Of a DNA stretch of 64,000 nucleotides, positions 62,104-64,000 are shown piece after piece. The position numbers were made by a program, and so were the translations under genes. A model generated the notes under the pieces. The model was not told where the DNA came from, ran no database searches, and saw only the letters and a program-made list of their open reading frames with translations. The DNA lies in NCBI GenBank assembly GCA_963805625.1, contig CAWDVE010000010.1, forward strand, positions 2,132,582-2,196,581, given 5' to 3'. The DNA is from an uncultured Candidatus Rokubacteria bacterium. GTDB taxonomy: Bacteria; Methylomirabilota; Methylomirabilia; Rokubacteriales; DASRDR01. Position 1 is the first letter of the stretch. Every line of letters starts with the position of its first letter.

Positions 62104-63661
62104 CTATTCGAACCACACGTCCCACATGCGCGGGATCCGGCCGGTGGCGTACCCGACCACGTTGGCCCGGGTCGCCTGGTAGCGACCAAGGTCGCCGACC
62201 TTGAAGCCCGGGACGTACTCGAAGAACCGCTTCTGGAAGTCCGCAAAGGCCTTCTTCCGATCCTCGACCTTCAGCGACGTGTTGAGGGCGGCGTCGGCCC
62301 GCGTCAGCTCCGGATCCGGGGCCTGTGCGCCCTTGCCGCCGTACTCGCCGATGAAGAAGCCGGCCACGGTGTACGGGCCCTCGTACGGCTCGATGCCGAA
62401 CCCGAGGGCCCACAGGTTCCACCCCTCGGGCTTCCGCCGGATCTCGAAGGCGGTCGGCCAGTCGGTCACGTTCAGCCGGACGTTCATCCCGGCCTTCTTC
62501 ATCTGCTCGCTGGCCACCACCGCGGTCTCGTGATGGTTCTTGTACTTGCAGTCGGTCAGGAAGACGATCTCCTCGCCCTTGTAGCCCGCCTCCTGGAGGA
62601 GCTGCCTGGCCCGGGCCGCGTTCTTCTGATTGTAGAACTCCTTGCCGATGTCGCCCGCAAAGTAGGTGGTGCCGGGATGCTGCCAGCCGTGGGTCAGCCG
62701 GTAGAGGCCCTCGCTGGCGATGGCCATGATCTCCTCGCAGTCGAGGGTCGCTTGGATCGCCTGGCGGACCTTCATGTTGGCGGTCGGCCCCCAGCGAGGC
62801 GTTGATCATGATGGTCTGGAACGCCCACGGCATGACCGGGTAGATCTTGATGTTCTTGTTGCCCTTCAGTCGGTCGGCCGCGGCGGGCGGCAGCATGTCC
62901 ACGGCGTGGATCTCGCCGGTCTCGAGCGCGGCGGTGCGGGCGCCGCCTTCGGGGATATGCCGGAACGTCACGGTGTTGAAGTACGCGGTCTTGTGGCCGC
63001 CGAAGCCGTCGCGCTTGGTGTAGTTGGGATTCGGCGTGTAGCCGTCGAACCGCTTCAGCAGAACGTGGCTGTCCGGCTTGAACTCCACGAACTGGTAGGG
63101 CCCGGTGCCGATGTGGTTGATCTTGCCGCGGTCCTTGTCCCCCTCGCTGGCCGGCATGATGCCGACCGGCGCCCGCGGCGAGCTGAGCTGGTCGATGAAG
63201 CCCGGCACCGGCGTCTTCAGCGAGACGCGCACCACGTACTTGCTGACGGCCGGGATCGACTCGACGGGCTTCATCATGGCGAGGCTGCCGCCGACCTGGC
63301 CGTAGCGCTCGAGCGAGGCCTTGACGTCCGGTGCCGTCATCTCCTGGCCGTTGTGGAACATCACGCCCTGCCGCAGCGTGAAGGTGTAGACCTTGCCGTC
63401 GGGCGAGGTCTCGGTCTTCGCGGCCAGGTCGGGCACCGGGTTGCCGTTCTCGTCGCGCGCCCAGAGCGTCTCGATCCAGTGGAGGCTGATGTTGCGCGAG
63501 ACCTCGGCAGTAGAGGCCTGGGCGTCGGTCGGCGGCGGCGCGGAGACGGTGCCGACGATCACGTCGCCGCCCTTCTTCTGAGCGCGGGCCGGGGTGCCGA
63601 GAAGAATGGTGGCGCTGGCGGCGCCCCCGAGGGCCAGGATCTCTCTACGCGTGAGCTGCAT
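62104..63661 (-). CDS. Peptide ABC substrate-binding protein (family 5), Tat signal; frameshift near 62785
   Basis: TRREIL; PDLA, YTFTLRQGV.FHNG, GTGPY, KVRQAI, ARQLL.EAGY. Confidence 0.9.
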
Positions 63662-63804
63662 GGCTGTGTCCCCCCTTTTGTCAGGACAATGAGGTCGGCT
63701 ATCGGTAACGGAACCGTGACCGTTCACGACGCCAAATGATCGGGGCCGAGCTTCGGGTCCAAGTGTGATGCAACAGCATAGCTCAGATCGGAGTCGGCGT
63801 GCGT

Positions 63805-64000
63805 TCACCCCCACGCCCAGCAGCAGCGGCTCCGGACCGGGCAGTCCGGCGTGCCAGCCCACGCGCGGCGGGAACGCGCCCGCGTCGATGGCGGCGACAA
63901 TCTCGGCCACGAGGCGATAGAGACGCACGTTGGCCGCGGGGTCGCGGGTGGTCCAGTAGCGGTGAAGCTCGGGCTGCCGAGTCTACGCGGAGCGCGGCTG
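63805..64000 (-). pseudogene. PD-(D/E)XK (RecB/Cas4-like) nuclease C-terminal remnant, partial at window edge
   Basis: ELHRYWTTRD..LVAEIVAAIDAGAFPPRVGWH, then frameshifted DCPVRSRC(C)WAWG*. Confidence 0.55.

Noticed and set aside
63662-63928. N-terminal extension of the DppA ORF
   Set aside because: It is read-through from the upstream nuclease remnant; the real start is the ATG at 63661, with RBS and Tat motif

Overview
GC-rich bacterial chromosomal window. The double-zinc-ribbon class III cyclase/STAND/TPR protein, the small CxxC..HxxC protein, Tat-exported ABC binding proteins and rve-type IS elements suggest Candidatus Rokubacteria/Methylomirabilota (inference). Many genes carry frameshifts, which may be long-read indel errors. 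Content in order: a structured leader and PBP1A; a PAS-GAF-GGDEF cyclase; an EEP hydrolase; a lipoprotein plus two metalloproteases behind a mirror-symmetric pair of sigma54 promoters, next to two divergent sigma54 activators; a permuted NlpC/P60 lipoprotein; a cyclase-STAND-TPR protein; a GT28-type glycolipid synthase; an M11-like protease; a Com-like zinc finger / IS1595-N-terminus / Cys-rich secreted protein / double-DsbA cluster with switch-like leaders; a Pot-type ABC system; an intact IS; a DAO oxidase; DUF445; a translationally coupled P450 / phage-type replication protein / dinB run; a polar amino-acid ABC system with PhyH and enolase-superfamily genes; an SphA channel; a BBE oxidase; a TetR module; an acyl-CoA synthetase; a second sensor-less sigma54 activator; IS remnants; and a Dpp ABC system. 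No rRNA, tRNA or CRISPR array was seen. The best leads for undescribed systems are the sigma54 protease cascade (7.3-14.3 kb), the Com/IS1595-derived module (24.8-29.5 kb) and the P450-replication-dinB run (40.4-44.9 kb).
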